From assembly GCA_944350065.1 (NCBI GenBank), contig CALVOD010000001.1:1-63113 (forward strand): a stretch of 63,113 bases of DNA, in the 5' to 3' direction. The translations under genes and the position numbers were made by a program. Position 1 is the stretch's first letter. Each line of letters opens with the position of its first letter. Positions 11,650 through 20,629 of this stretch are shown in pieces. This DNA comes from an uncultured Clostridia bacterium. Its GTDB lineage: Bacteria > Bacillota > Clostridia > Christensenellales > DTU072. The notes below the pieces were generated by a model. It made no database searches. It worked only from the letters and a program-made list of their open reading frames with translations, and was not told the DNA's origin.

Positions 11650-12298
11650 TATCATCGTTTCGCCGTCGATACTCGCGGGCGATTTCGCCAATATGGAAAA
11701 GAGCGTTCGCGCGCTCGGAGACTGGGGCGCGGACTACGTGCATTGCGACGTAATGGACGGAGTTTACGTTAAGAACCTCACTTTCGGGATGCCCATGATC
11801 GCGGCAATCAAGAAGATATCTCCTTTGCCGCTCGACGTGCATCTGATGATAACCGAGCCCGAAAGGTACGTCGCCGAATTCGTTAAGTGCGGCGCGGACA
11901 TAGTGACCTTCCATCCCGACGCGAGCAAGCGTCCCGCGGAAACCCTCGACGAAATCCGTTCTTTGGGCGCGAAAGCGGGCATAGTCATCAATCCGAACGT
12001 ATCTTTCGAAGAGTATAAGCATCTTCTCAAGAAGTGCGACGTGCTTCTCGTGATGAGCGTTTACGCGGGACTGGGCGGACAAAAATTCATACCCGAAACG
12101 CTCGAGACAGTGCGCGCAGCCGTGAAATACATTGAGGAGAACGCTTTGGACGTCATTATCGAGATAGACGGCGGCGTGGGCGAAAGCAACGCCGCGACCG
12201 TAAGAGAAGCCGGCGTTCGGATGATAGTTGCGGGCTCCGCCGTTTATAAATCGGACGATCCCGCGCGCACGGTACGCGTACTGCGCGGAGACAGGTAA
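11642..12298 (+). CDS. rpe: ribulose-phosphate 3-epimerase
   Basis: SPSILAGDF, HCDVMDG, DVHLM, EIDGG. ATG 11642 overlaps the end of rsgA. Confidence 0.9.
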   Translation: MNNIIVSPSILAGDFANMEKSVRALGDWGADYVHCDVMDGVYVKNLTFGMPMIAAIKKISPLPLDVHLMITEPERYVAEFVKCGADIVTFHPDASKRPAETLDEIRSLGAKAGIVINPNVSFEEYKHLLKKCDVLLVMSVYAGLGGQKFIPETLETVRAAVKYIEENALDVIIEIDGGVGESNAATVREAGVRMIVAGSAVYKSDDPARTVRVLRGDR

Positions 12299-12341
12299 CC
12301 TTTTCGGGGGCGCGGACATATACTGGTGTAACGGAGAAAAA

Positions 12342-12425
12342 ATGAGAATAATCTGTATCAGTTGCCCCGCCGTCCTTAAACCCATAGTCCGTCTTATCAA
12401 AAAACTTTGTCCCGGAGATAAATAA
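12342..12425 (+). CDS. spoVM: 27-aa peptide, candidate stage V sporulation protein M (SpoVM-like)
   Basis: The ORF encodes MRIICISCPAVLKPIVRLIKKLCPGDK, with GGAG 5 nt upstream. It occupies the same slot and orientation as B. subtilis spoVM (between rpe/thiN and the convergent rpmB). Ungapped alignment to SpoVM keeps M1, I6, P9, L12, I15, V16, R17 and D26. A sigmaE-like -10 (CATATACT) lies at 12317-12324. Confidence 0.5.
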   Translation: MRIICISCPAVLKPIVRLIKKLCPGDK

Positions 12426-12438
12426 CCGGCGACGCCGC

Positions 12439-12466
12439 AAAAAAAGCGTTCCCGATAGGGAACGCT
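12439..12466 (-). terminator. intrinsic terminator for rpmB, probably also ending the + strand rpe/spoVM-like transcript
   Basis: 9-bp stem AGCGTTCCC/GGGAACGCT with a GATA loop. Seven A on the + strand give a U7 tail on the - strand transcript. Confidence 0.75.
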
Positions 12467-12552
12467 TCGTTTGCGTACGTTATATAAGAAAACTGCCGCT
12501 TACGCGACAGCCGATTCGCGCCCGTAAGGCGCAAGCGTAAAGTCGGGGATAA

Positions 12553-12744
12553 TTATTCCTTATCCGCTTTCTTCATCGTGCGCAGGCAACGGGTGCACAC
12601 GTAAGCGTTACGGACTTTGCCGTCGATCTCTATATCCACTTTCTGGACGTTGGGAGTCCAGCTTCTTTTCGTTTTGATATTACTGTGGCTCACTTTGTTG
12701 CCGCTCATACTGCCTTTGCCGCATATACTGCATACTTTAGACAT
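12553..12744 (-). CDS. rpmB: 50S ribosomal protein L28
   Basis: 63 aa. MSKVCSICGKG..GNKVSHSNIKTKR..PNVQ is typical of L28. GGAGG RBS present. Confidence 0.93.
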   Translation of the reverse strand: MSKVCSICGKGSMSGNKVSHSNIKTKRSWTPNVQKVDIEIDGKVRNAYVCTRCLRTMKKADKE

Positions 12745-12778
12745 AGTTGTAACCTCCTGCGTTATTTCGCGCTTACGT

Positions 12779-12807
12779 ATTATACAAAATATTTATAAGT
12801 TTGGCAA
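12779..12807 (-). promoter_or_regulatory. rpmB promoter TTGCCA-17 nt-TATAAT (minus strand)
   Basis: On the - strand, TTGCCA is the complement of 12802-12807 and TATAAT the complement of 12779-12784. Confidence 0.6.
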
Positions 12808-12940
12808 CAGTTTTTAGGTACCTTTTCGAATTTACTTGCAAAATATCGGGTATTGCTATATTATATATAATATCGATAAGTACGCGCACGCGTGGAGCGG
12901 GAGCTTTTGCGGCAATGCGCGCTTACCGCGACGGAGTAAT

Positions 12941-13291
12941 ATGGCGCTCACGACTACCAACATTTACGGCAATATCAATATCAGCGACCAGGCTGTAGCA
13001 ATTATCGTAAGCAGGATAACCCTCGATTGCTACGGCGTCGTCGAGCTTGCGAGCCGCCGTCTGAGCGACAGCATTATGATACTTTTCAACAAGGAGCCTC
13101 TCGGCAAAGGCGTCAAAATCGTCACGATGGATAACCGTATCTTCGTGGAGCTTTACGTCATACTGAAGGACGGCGTCAATCGCGAAGCCGTGATAGAGAG
13201 TCTCCGTTCGAGCGTGCAGTATAACGTCGAGCACCTCACCGGTATGCGGGTGAAAAGCGTCATCATCCACGTCGTGGGAGTAAAGTTATAG
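12941..13291 (+). CDS. Asp23/Gls24 family alkaline-shock envelope stress protein (YloU-like)
   Basis: GNINISDQAVAIIVSRITLDCYGVVEL and C-terminal VIIHVVGV are typical Asp23. ATG 12941 has GGAG 5 nt upstream, so the longer ORF from 12836 is rejected. It pairs with the following DAK2 gene, as in yloU-yloV. Confidence 0.85.
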   Translation: MALTTTNIYGNINISDQAVAIIVSRITLDCYGVVELASRRLSDSIMILFNKEPLGKGVKIVTMDNRIFVELYVILKDGVNREAVIESLRSSVQYNVEHLTGMRVKSVIIHVVGVKL

Positions 13292-13322
13292 AAATGGCGA
13301 AGCAATTCGGTTAAGGATATAG

Positions 13323-14957
13323 ATGAACATATTACAGACAGCGGATATTCGCGAACTCTTCAAGGGCGGTGCGATTAATCTTAAAAACAACAGCGCATAT
13401 ATCGACAGTCTGAACGTCTTTCCGGTTCCCGACGGAGACACGGGAACGAATATGAATCTTACCGTAACGTCTTCGATCAAGGAGATGGACGCGGTCGCGG
13501 AAGACCGTATGGACCTTGTGTGCGAAGCGTTCGCACGCGGCGCCCTTAAAGGCGCGCGCGGTAACAGCGGCGTAATATTGAGTCAGATTTTCAAGGGTAT
13601 GAGCCTCGTTATGGGCGAATGTACCGAAGTCACAACGAAAATCTTCGCTCGCGCGCTGAAAAACGGCTCCAACGCAGCCTACGACGTGGTAACTCACCCC
13701 AAGGAAGGCACGATACTTACCGTCATAAGGCTCGTAAGCGATTATGCGCTTAAAATTTCCACTAAAAGGAAAGATTTTATTGAATTTTTCGACCTTTTAC
13801 TCGTTAAAGGCGAAGAAGTGGTTAAGAGTACGCCCGAAATGCTGCCCGTATTGAAGAAAGCGGGCGTAGTGGACGCGGGCGGAAAAGGGCTTCTCACGAT
13901 ACTCTACGGTATGTCCAACGTGCTCAAAGGCGTGCCAATGCAGGAGATTTCGCCTGCGGAAGGCGGACAGGAGAGAAGCGAGGACTTTTTCGACGCGCCC
14001 GACGTACACGATCTCGACGATATCAAATTCGCGTATTGCACCGAATTTTTCATTATTAACATGAAAAAGAAGACCACGTTGTCGGATATCGATAAGCTGC
14101 GCGACAAGCTCAACAATATCGGCGACTGCGTGATAGTGGTGGGCGATCTTACCCTCGTCAAGGTGCACGTTCATACAAATAACCCCGACAAAGCGCTCGG
14201 ATACGCGCTTATGCTGGGCGAGCTCGACAAACCTAAGATAGAAAACATGCTCGAGCAAAACCGCGCGCTCAAGAAGTCGCGCGAGGAGCGTAAGGAAGAA
14301 GTCAAACCCGTTTCGCTCGTGTCTATATGCAACGGCGAAGGCATCAAACGCATTTTCACCGAATTGCGCGTGGACAAGATACTCGAAGGCGGTCAGACGA
14401 TGAACCCGAGCGTCGCGGATATAGTGGGACTTGTGGATTCCACCGGCTCCGACACCGTCTACATACTTCCCAACAATTCCAACATCGTTCTCGCTGCGGA
14501 GCAGGCGAGAGAGCTGACCAAGGCGAAATTGGTAGTTATAGCTACCAAAAATATTCCGCAGGGCATTACCGCCGCTATCAACTTCAATCCCGAAGCGAGC
14601 GAGGAAGAAAACGTGGAGATGATGCGCCGCGCGATACAGTCGGTGCGCAGCGCTCAGGTTACCCGCGCGGTACGCGATACGGAAATGGATGGCTTCGATC
14701 TGCATAACGGCGACGTCATCGGTATTTACGACAGGATCGTAGCGAAGGGCGATTCCGTCAACGAGGTTGCGCGCGAAGTGGTCGCGCAGATGGTTTCCGA
14801 CGAGACCGCTGCCATCAGCCTGTATTACGGGGCCGGACTCGAGGCATCCGTCGTCGAGGAATTGCAAACCGTGCTGCAGGACGAATATCCCTTCCACGAC
14901 GTTATGGTCTACGAAGGCGGTCAGCAACATTATTTCTATTACATTTCCGTCGAATAG
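13323..14957 (+). CDS. DAK2 domain-containing protein (YloV family)
   Basis: N-terminal DhaL/DAK2 motifs DGDTGTNM and GARGNSGVILSQ, plus the C-terminal YloV-type domain. 544 aa. Confidence 0.88.
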   Translation: MNILQTADIRELFKGGAINLKNNSAYIDSLNVFPVPDGDTGTNMNLTVTSSIKEMDAVAEDRMDLVCEAFARGALKGARGNSGVILSQIFKGMSLVMGECTEVTTKIFARALKNGSNAAYDVVTHPKEGTILTVIRLVSDYALKISTKRKDFIEFFDLLLVKGEEVVKSTPEMLPVLKKAGVVDAGGKGLLTILYGMSNVLKGVPMQEISPAEGGQERSEDFFDAPDVHDLDDIKFAYCTEFFIINMKKKTTLSDIDKLRDKLNNIGDCVIVVGDLTLVKVHVHTNNPDKALGYALMLGELDKPKIENMLEQNRALKKSREERKEEVKPVSLVSICNGEGIKRIFTELRVDKILEGGQTMNPSVADIVGLVDSTGSDTVYILPNNSNIVLAAEQARELTKAKLVVIATKNIPQGITAAINFNPEASEEENVEMMRRAIQSVRSAQVTRAVRDTEMDGFDLHNGDVIGIYDRIVAKGDSVNEVAREVVAQMVSDETAAISLYYGAGLEASVVEELQTVLQDEYPFHDVMVYEGGQQHYFYYISVE

Positions 14958-14981
14958 TCACGGAGCGTACTTTAAATTCCG

Positions 14982-16973
14982 ATGGAGCGGAGCGAACTTC
15001 TCGGCGTAAAGGGAGTAGGTCCCGTAACGCTCGAAAAACTCAATTATTTAGGTATTTATTCGCGGCGGGGGATCGTCGAAAAGACCCCCGTCGATTATAT
15101 TGATTTAGACGCGGTGAGCAATCTCGACGAAGCGGACGACGGGCAATTTGTGGTGCTCGTCACGGAGATTACTTCCGCAAGCAAACCCTTCAGAAAAGGC
15201 AAACTTCAGATGTACCGCGTGACCGGCGCCACCGACGACGGCAAAAAGGTCAAGCTCGTATGGTACAACGCCAATTACGTCGCTTCCGTAGTATGCGCGG
15301 GGGCGAGAGTACGCGTCTACGGCAAATTGCGAAAAGAGGGGAGAACTTTCGAACTCATCAATCCCGCTTACGAGAAAGCGGATTCGCTCGGCGAAGGCGA
15401 GTTGCGCGGCATTAAACCTGTTTACGCGACGCGCGGCGTCATACCGCAGAAGACGTTTTCGGCAATGGTGGCCGATGTCGTCACCAAAGGCTTCGACGCG
15501 AGAGGACTTGCCGACGGCGAAAAGGATTTGATGAGCCTCAGGGAAGCCTTCGTCAAAGCGCATTTTCCGTCGAGTATCCCCGAAGCGGAAGCGGCGAGGG
15601 AAAGAATAGAGCTCGAAAAACTTCTCAAAGACATTCTCGCTTACCGCGTCGTGCGCAAGGAATCGAGACGGTCGGTATATTACGAAGCTCATCCCGCAGT
15701 CATAGATAAACTGACCGACGCCCTTCCTTACAGACTGACACAGTCGCAGAAAGCGGCGGTGAACGACATACTCGAGCGTATGCAGTCCGACAAACCGCTC
15801 AACGCGATGCTCGTGGGCGACGTCGGCAGCGGTAAAACGGTAGTGGCGATGATAGCGGCGTATTACGTCGCGGCTTCCGGTTACCAAGCGGCGGTGATGG
15901 CTCCCACCGAGATACTCGCGGTACAGCATTATCGTAATTTCGAGAAATTTCTCGCGCCGCTCGGAGTTAAGACCGTATTACTTACCGGCGGTTGCGGCGC
16001 CGCCGAGAAGCGCGTGGCGCGCTCTGCCGTGTCTTCGGGCTACGCCGACGTGATCATAGGAACGCACGCCGTCATATCCAAAGGAGTGGATTTCCGTTCG
16101 CTCGCGCTCGTCGTCATAGACGAGCAGCACCGTTTCGGCGTTGCTCAACGCACGGCGCTCGTGGATAAGGGCGGCGCCGTGGATACGCTCACGCTTTCAG
16201 CAACTCCCATTCCGCGTTCGTTAAGGCTTACGGTATTCGGCGATATCGACGTTATGAGTATCGACAGAAGATATTCCGCAGACAACGTGTCCACCGCGGT
16301 GGTCACCCCCGCCAAGCGTAAAGCGATGACCGATTACATCGTGGACGAATGTCTCAAAGGAAGACAGGCTTACGTCGTCGCTCCCAAGATATTCGACGCG
16401 GAGGGCATAGAAGGCTTCGCCGCCGAAAAACTTTATAAAGAGCTTTGCTCGCAGTACGGGGACAAAGTTACGATAGGGCTTCTGCACGGCAGAATGAAGG
16501 CGCAGGAAAAACAAAAGGTGTTGAACGGGTTTGCCGACGGAACGGTGTCAATCCTCGTGTCCACCACCGTCATAGAAGTGGGTATCGACGTCCCCAACGC
16601 GTCTATGATGGCTATATTCGACGCGGAGCGGTTCGGATTAAGCACTTTGCACCAGCTTAGGGGCAGAATAGGTAGGGACGGCTCCAAAGCGTACTGTTTC
16701 CTTTATACCTCTAAGTCCGGCGACGATATAATCAGGCTCGAAACTCTCGTCAGGGAACGCGACGGGCTCGAGATTGCGGAAAAGGATCTCGAAATGCGCG
16801 GCGCGGGCGAATGGCTCGGAGAGGAGCAGAGCGGCAAGGGCGGCGCGCGGCTTTCCGTCGCGCTCATGCGTAAAGCAAAGGATATCGCCGACCGCACCGA
16901 TTTGGCTCCGTATAAAAACGAACTGACCGCTTACGCGCTTGCGCGCGGCTTCTTCAAAATCAGTTTGAACTGA
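14982..16973 (+). CDS. recG: ATP-dependent DNA helicase RecG
   Basis: Wedge/OB N-terminus, Walker A GDVGSGKT, DEQH (VIDEQHRFG), and motif VI QLRGRIGR. 663 aa. Confidence 0.93.
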   Translation: MERSELLGVKGVGPVTLEKLNYLGIYSRRGIVEKTPVDYIDLDAVSNLDEADDGQFVVLVTEITSASKPFRKGKLQMYRVTGATDDGKKVKLVWYNANYVASVVCAGARVRVYGKLRKEGRTFELINPAYEKADSLGEGELRGIKPVYATRGVIPQKTFSAMVADVVTKGFDARGLADGEKDLMSLREAFVKAHFPSSIPEAEAARERIELEKLLKDILAYRVVRKESRRSVYYEAHPAVIDKLTDALPYRLTQSQKAAVNDILERMQSDKPLNAMLVGDVGSGKTVVAMIAAYYVAASGYQAAVMAPTEILAVQHYRNFEKFLAPLGVKTVLLTGGCGAAEKRVARSAVSSGYADVIIGTHAVISKGVDFRSLALVVIDEQHRFGVAQRTALVDKGGAVDTLTLSATPIPRSLRLTVFGDIDVMSIDRRYSADNVSTAVVTPAKRKAMTDYIVDECLKGRQAYVVAPKIFDAEGIEGFAAEKLYKELCSQYGDKVTIGLLHGRMKAQEKQKVLNGFADGTVSILVSTTVIEVGIDVPNASMMAIFDAERFGLSTLHQLRGRIGRDGSKAYCFLYTSKSGDDIIRLETLVRERDGLEIAEKDLEMRGAGEWLGEEQSGKGGARLSVALMRKAKDIADRTDLAPYKNELTAYALARGFFKISLN

Positions 16974-17129
16974 ATAGGTTTGAACTGACTTTTTTCCGCA
17001 TAATAAGGCTTATATCAACCTTTTCCGCCCCTTGCGGGCGCACGACTTATATATATTTTTCGCTTATTTTGTCTTATCCGTCGCACCCGTCGGAGCTATG
17101 GTTTATAATCCGTTCAAAAGGACGGATCA

Positions 17130-18449
17130 ATGAAAAAAAATGCTCCTAAAATTTTAGCGATATTTCTTCTCACGGTGATAGCCGTGCTCATGGTGATAGC
17201 GGGAAGCGGCACCGTTACCGACCTGTTAAAAGGTAACAAAACGGACGTGCCGGAAAGCTCGGCAAACGTCGAAGACGGCGAAAAACCGCCGCAGGAAAAT
17301 CCTGATACGGATATCGGAGATTCGATAGAGGACGAGACCACCAACGTGTATTTCCCCGTTCCTCCCGAAGCGAGCGCGATATACGCTTACACGCAGAGCC
17401 TTTGGAGCGAAAGCGGTATGGAACTCAACAACGCGATTTCGACCTCCGAAGGGCTGTTCGTGATAGTGACACACGCTTCGGATTCGGGCGTGCTTGCGAC
17501 GGAAGGCAAACGCATAAGCGTGGTGCGCGCGGATAACGACGGAACTCTTACGTCTGCCGTACACCTCGCTTCGCGCGGCGACGACGTCAGATATCTCGGC
17601 TCACGTCTTACCTCGGCGGGACTCGTGGTGGTAGCCACCGACGGCGAGCGCAGCTACGTGCATACGATATCTTCGGATCTCAAAACGACCGACCTCATAG
17701 AATTGCCCGCGTTCAACGCCGCCACGGTATTCGCGCTCAACGAAGGATATCTGCTGCTCGGCTCCGGCGCCGGCAATACCGTTTACAAGATAATAGACAA
17801 CACCGTATCCGCTTCTACGGCGTTGCAGTCGGGAGAGATCTGGGAGGTATACGATTTCGGCATATACTATATGCTCGTCATCAACGGGATATCGGGATTT
17901 TCGGCAGTGAAAATCGGCGCCGACCTCAAACATATTTCAACCGCCACGGTGGCGGAAAAACAACTGCTCGCCATTAAACCGGTCACGGTAGACGGAACGC
18001 AGAAATTCCTTGTCGCCGAAAAAACTTCGACGGGGGTGTATATAGCGCGATACGCATCTGATTTCACCTGCGCCGAAAACGAAAGGGTAAGTGTGGGACT
18101 TGCGGACGATGCCGACGTATTCATGAACGAATCGAGCGCGTTCGTGTTGTTGCACGCGACTACCGACAGACTTTATATAGTCGATTCCGCGCTCGGGTTC
18201 ACCGCGTCGAATACGACCGTTATGCAGGGTATCAGCGTTTTCCACGATTGCGAAACCTATCCCGGAGGCTTCCTCACCCTCTATTCCGCAGGCGACGCAC
18301 TTATGCTCGCCGACGTGCGTAACGACGGAACTTCGGTTACCAGAAGTATTGCGATAGGCACCCAAAAAGCATTTATCACGAGAATGTCCGACGGCACTTC
18401 CGCAATCGTGTGTTCGGTGGAAAACGGAGTCAAAATAATAGGGCTTTGA
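17130..18449 (+). CDS. hypothetical signal-anchored extracytoplasmic protein, beta-rich, no recognised domain
   Basis: An N-terminal basic stretch plus hydrophobic helix (KILAIFLLTVIAVLMVIAG), then an acidic linker, then ~350 aa of alternating beta-like segments. The frame is clean, with G/C-ending codons like its neighbours. Confidence 0.6.
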   Translation: MKKNAPKILAIFLLTVIAVLMVIAGSGTVTDLLKGNKTDVPESSANVEDGEKPPQENPDTDIGDSIEDETTNVYFPVPPEASAIYAYTQSLWSESGMELNNAISTSEGLFVIVTHASDSGVLATEGKRISVVRADNDGTLTSAVHLASRGDDVRYLGSRLTSAGLVVVATDGERSYVHTISSDLKTTDLIELPAFNAATVFALNEGYLLLGSGAGNTVYKIIDNTVSASTALQSGEIWEVYDFGIYYMLVINGISGFSAVKIGADLKHISTATVAEKQLLAIKPVTVDGTQKFLVAEKTSTGVYIARYASDFTCAENERVSVGLADDADVFMNESSAFVLLHATTDRLYIVDSALGFTASNTTVMQGISVFHDCETYPGGFLTLYSAGDALMLADVRNDGTSVTRSIAIGTQKAFITRMSDGTSAIVCSVENGVKIIGL

Positions 18450-18463
18450 CGCTTCCGTTCCTT

Positions 18464-19510
18464 TCAGCCGCGGGCTCCGTCGCTACGGCGAGACTCGAGA
18501 ATTCGGAGCATACGGTTGACTATTTCTTTCGCGGCGTTCGCCCCTACGGGTTCGGGAGGGGGGAGCGCCGCTATTTTTTCTATGCGCTTTTCAAGCTCGC
18601 CCGGCGTCAGTTCTTCCTGCGGCAGCAGGTCTATTGCGCCCCTTCGGAAATAGCTTTTCGCGTTCAGTACCTGATCGCCGCGGCTCACGTCGCTTTTCGG
18701 CAGAGGTATCGCTATCACGCGCTTGCCGATCGCCGCGGCTTCCGCAAGACTGTTCGCTCCTGCGCGCATCACGACAACGTCCGCCGCCGCGTATAAATCC
18801 GCTATGTCTTCGGCATAGGGTACGGCTTTGTAGTGCTCGAGATATAGGCGTTCCTTTTCCGCTTTCCCCGTCACGTGCACGACGTCGTAGACCGTCGTGA
18901 GAGAACGAAGACAGCCGAAAAGCGCTTCGTTTATTTTCAGCGAACCGCTGCTTCCGCCGAATACGAGCAGCACAGGTCTCGAAGCGTGGAGCCCGTAACG
19001 CTTCCGCGCCCGAGAGGCGTCGCCTTCGAAGATCTCGCGCCTTATCGGATTCCCGACATATTCGCCGCCTTTCGTTTCGGGAAAGGAAGTGAACGCCGCT
19101 GCGGCGAATGAGGATATGAATCTGTTCGCCATTCCCATAGTATAGTCACTTTCGTGTATTACTACGGGTATTCCGAGCGAGCGCGCCCCGAGAGCGGACG
19201 GCAGGGTGGCGTAGCCGCCCTTTGCAAAAAGCAATTGCACGTTTTCGCGCCGCAGTATGTCTTTGGCTTCTTTTGCCGCCCCGGCAAGTATAAAGGGTAT
19301 TTTGAGATTGTCAAGTATATCCCTCCTCGAAAATTTCGCCGCCGCCGTGGTGTACAGCGGCAGTCCGTAAGAGGGGACGATTTCTTTTTCCATGCCGTCG
19401 CCCCCGAAATAAATTATACGGTCGAAGTGCTTCGCGAGCTCCTCCGCTACAGCGATACACGGCATTATATGCCCTGCGGTACCTCCGCCCGTAAGCGCTA
19501 CGGTTGCCAT
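18464..19510 (-). CDS. murG: undecaprenyldiphospho-muramoylpentapeptide beta-N-acetylglucosaminyltransferase MurG
   Basis: TGGGTAGHIMP near the N-terminus, FGGSSGS, and the GT28 C-domain RAGANSLAE. 348 aa. Confidence 0.9.
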   Translation of the reverse strand: MATVALTGGGTAGHIMPCIAVAEELAKHFDRIIYFGGDGMEKEIVPSYGLPLYTTAAAKFSRRDILDNLKIPFILAGAAKEAKDILRRENVQLLFAKGGYATLPSALGARSLGIPVVIHESDYTMGMANRFISSFAAAAFTSFPETKGGEYVGNPIRREIFEGDASRARKRYGLHASRPVLLVFGGSSGSLKINEALFGCLRSLTTVYDVVHVTGKAEKERLYLEHYKAVPYAEDIADLYAAADVVVMRAGANSLAEAAAIGKRVIAIPLPKSDVSRGDQVLNAKSYFRRGAIDLLPQEELTPGELEKRIEKIAALPPPEPVGANAAKEIVNRMLRILESRRSDGARG

Positions 19511-19601
19511 AAATTCCTCCTTTTCGCACTCTCACGCGCGAAGCGCGCGCCTTTTTCCGTCGCGCACGCCGTGCGTATATGCAAATAATTTAAATTAACA
19601 G

Positions 19602-19630
19602 TTGAATTATATTCGTATTGGTGTTAAGAT
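19602..19630 (+). promoter_or_regulatory. promoter TTGAAT-17 nt-TAAGAT with TGn extended -10
   Basis: TTGAAT at 19602-19607, TG at 19622-19623, TAAGAT at 19625-19630. It lies upstream of the hydrolase gene. Confidence 0.5.
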
Positions 19631-19701
19631 ATACTACACGGGTATAGCGCACGCGCGAAGGCGACGACCGTTTGCCCGCGAATAGCTTTACGGAGGTATT
19701 T

Positions 19702-20607
19702 ATGAAACTCGTTAAAATCGACACTTTCGACGGCAAAGTCAATACCGTTTGCGTATGGGACGAAGTCGACAACAAGATCGGCGCGGTAGTTATTGTCCAC
19801 GGTATGGCGGAGCACGCGGAGAGATACGACGCGTTTGCCAAGTACCTCAACAACGAAGGATACGTCGTTCTCGCCGACAACCACAGGGGACATAAGTACA
19901 ACCCGGACGGCGCTAAAGGCATCGTCTGCGGCGATTCCTTCTCAAATTCCGTTAAGGATATCAAATCGGTGGTCGATTACGCCAAATCCGTTTACGGACT
20001 CGAAACGGTATTGCTCGGACACAGCTACGGAAGTTTCCTTTCGCAGAGGTACATAGAGCTTTATGCGTCGAGCGTGAAAGGCGTTATTCTGAGCGGAACG
20101 GCTTACATGAAAGGCGCTCTGGTGGGCATGGCGAAAGTCATCGCGGGGGTGCAGAAGGCGTTCTGCGGCGGCGAAAAAACGGCATATCTCATCGACAAGC
20201 TCAGCTTCGGCAATTACAATAAGCCTTTCGAATCGCAGGGACAGAAATTCGCGTGGCTTTCCCGCGACAAAGCCGAAGTCGCCAAATACGAAGCGGACGA
20301 ATATTGCGGATATCCGCTCAGCATCGATTATTATTACAGCTTTTTCAAAGGCGTGATGGCTATGTATTCGGACGACGCATACGCGGAGGCGAAAGATCTT
20401 CCCGTGATGATAGCGGTGGGCTCGGACGATCCCGTTTCGAACAAAGCGGTACTCGCCGAGAAACTTTATAAATTCTACAGTCAGAAGGGTATCGACGTCT
20501 CGTACAAGGTTTATCCGGGCGCCCGTCACGAGATTCTCAACGAGATAAACAGGAAAGAAGTTTACGCGGATATGCTCGCCTTCATAGAAGCGAGGTTCGC
20601 GCGCTGA
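19702..20607 (+). CDS. alpha/beta hydrolase (lysophospholipase/monoacylglycerol-lipase-like)
   Basis: HGMAEH oxyanion region, nucleophile elbow GHSYGS, and late D and H (GSDDPV, GARHEI). GGAGG precedes ATG 19702. Confidence 0.8.
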   Translation: MKLVKIDTFDGKVNTVCVWDEVDNKIGAVVIVHGMAEHAERYDAFAKYLNNEGYVVLADNHRGHKYNPDGAKGIVCGDSFSNSVKDIKSVVDYAKSVYGLETVLLGHSYGSFLSQRYIELYASSVKGVILSGTAYMKGALVGMAKVIAGVQKAFCGGEKTAYLIDKLSFGNYNKPFESQGQKFAWLSRDKAEVAKYEADEYCGYPLSIDYYYSFFKGVMAMYSDDAYAEAKDLPVMIAVGSDDPVSNKAVLAEKLYKFYSQKGIDVSYKVYPGARHEILNEINRKEVYADMLAFIEARFAR

Positions 20608-20629
20608 TACACTTAAAGGACGGATGGTA

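Noticed and set aside
12445-12466. Possible repeated-element family. The terminators at 12445-12466 and 56212-56240 share the stem sequence AGCGTTCC/GGAACGCT and flanking A/T runs.
   Set aside because: There are only two copies, each exactly where a convergent gene pair needs a bidirectional terminator. The shared 8-nt stem is short enough to be coincidence, and I saw no further copies.
12836-12940. N-terminal extensions suggested by the ORF track. Cases: Asp23 from 12836, dehydrogenase from 34670, topoisomerase B from 47381, guaB to 57901, GH3 from 57959, TrmH from 25840, hydrolase from 19672.
   Set aside because: In each case an internal start with a GGAGG-type RBS restores the normal family N-terminus. 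The extension runs through a promoter or terminator, or has non-coding-like composition.
16973-16998. An 11-bp direct repeat GTTTGAACTGA-ATAG-GTTTGAACTGA spanning the recG stop codon.
   Set aside because: It is a single tandem duplication with no array structure (not CRISPR-like) and no associated hairpin or promoter. It is likely a trivial slippage duplication.
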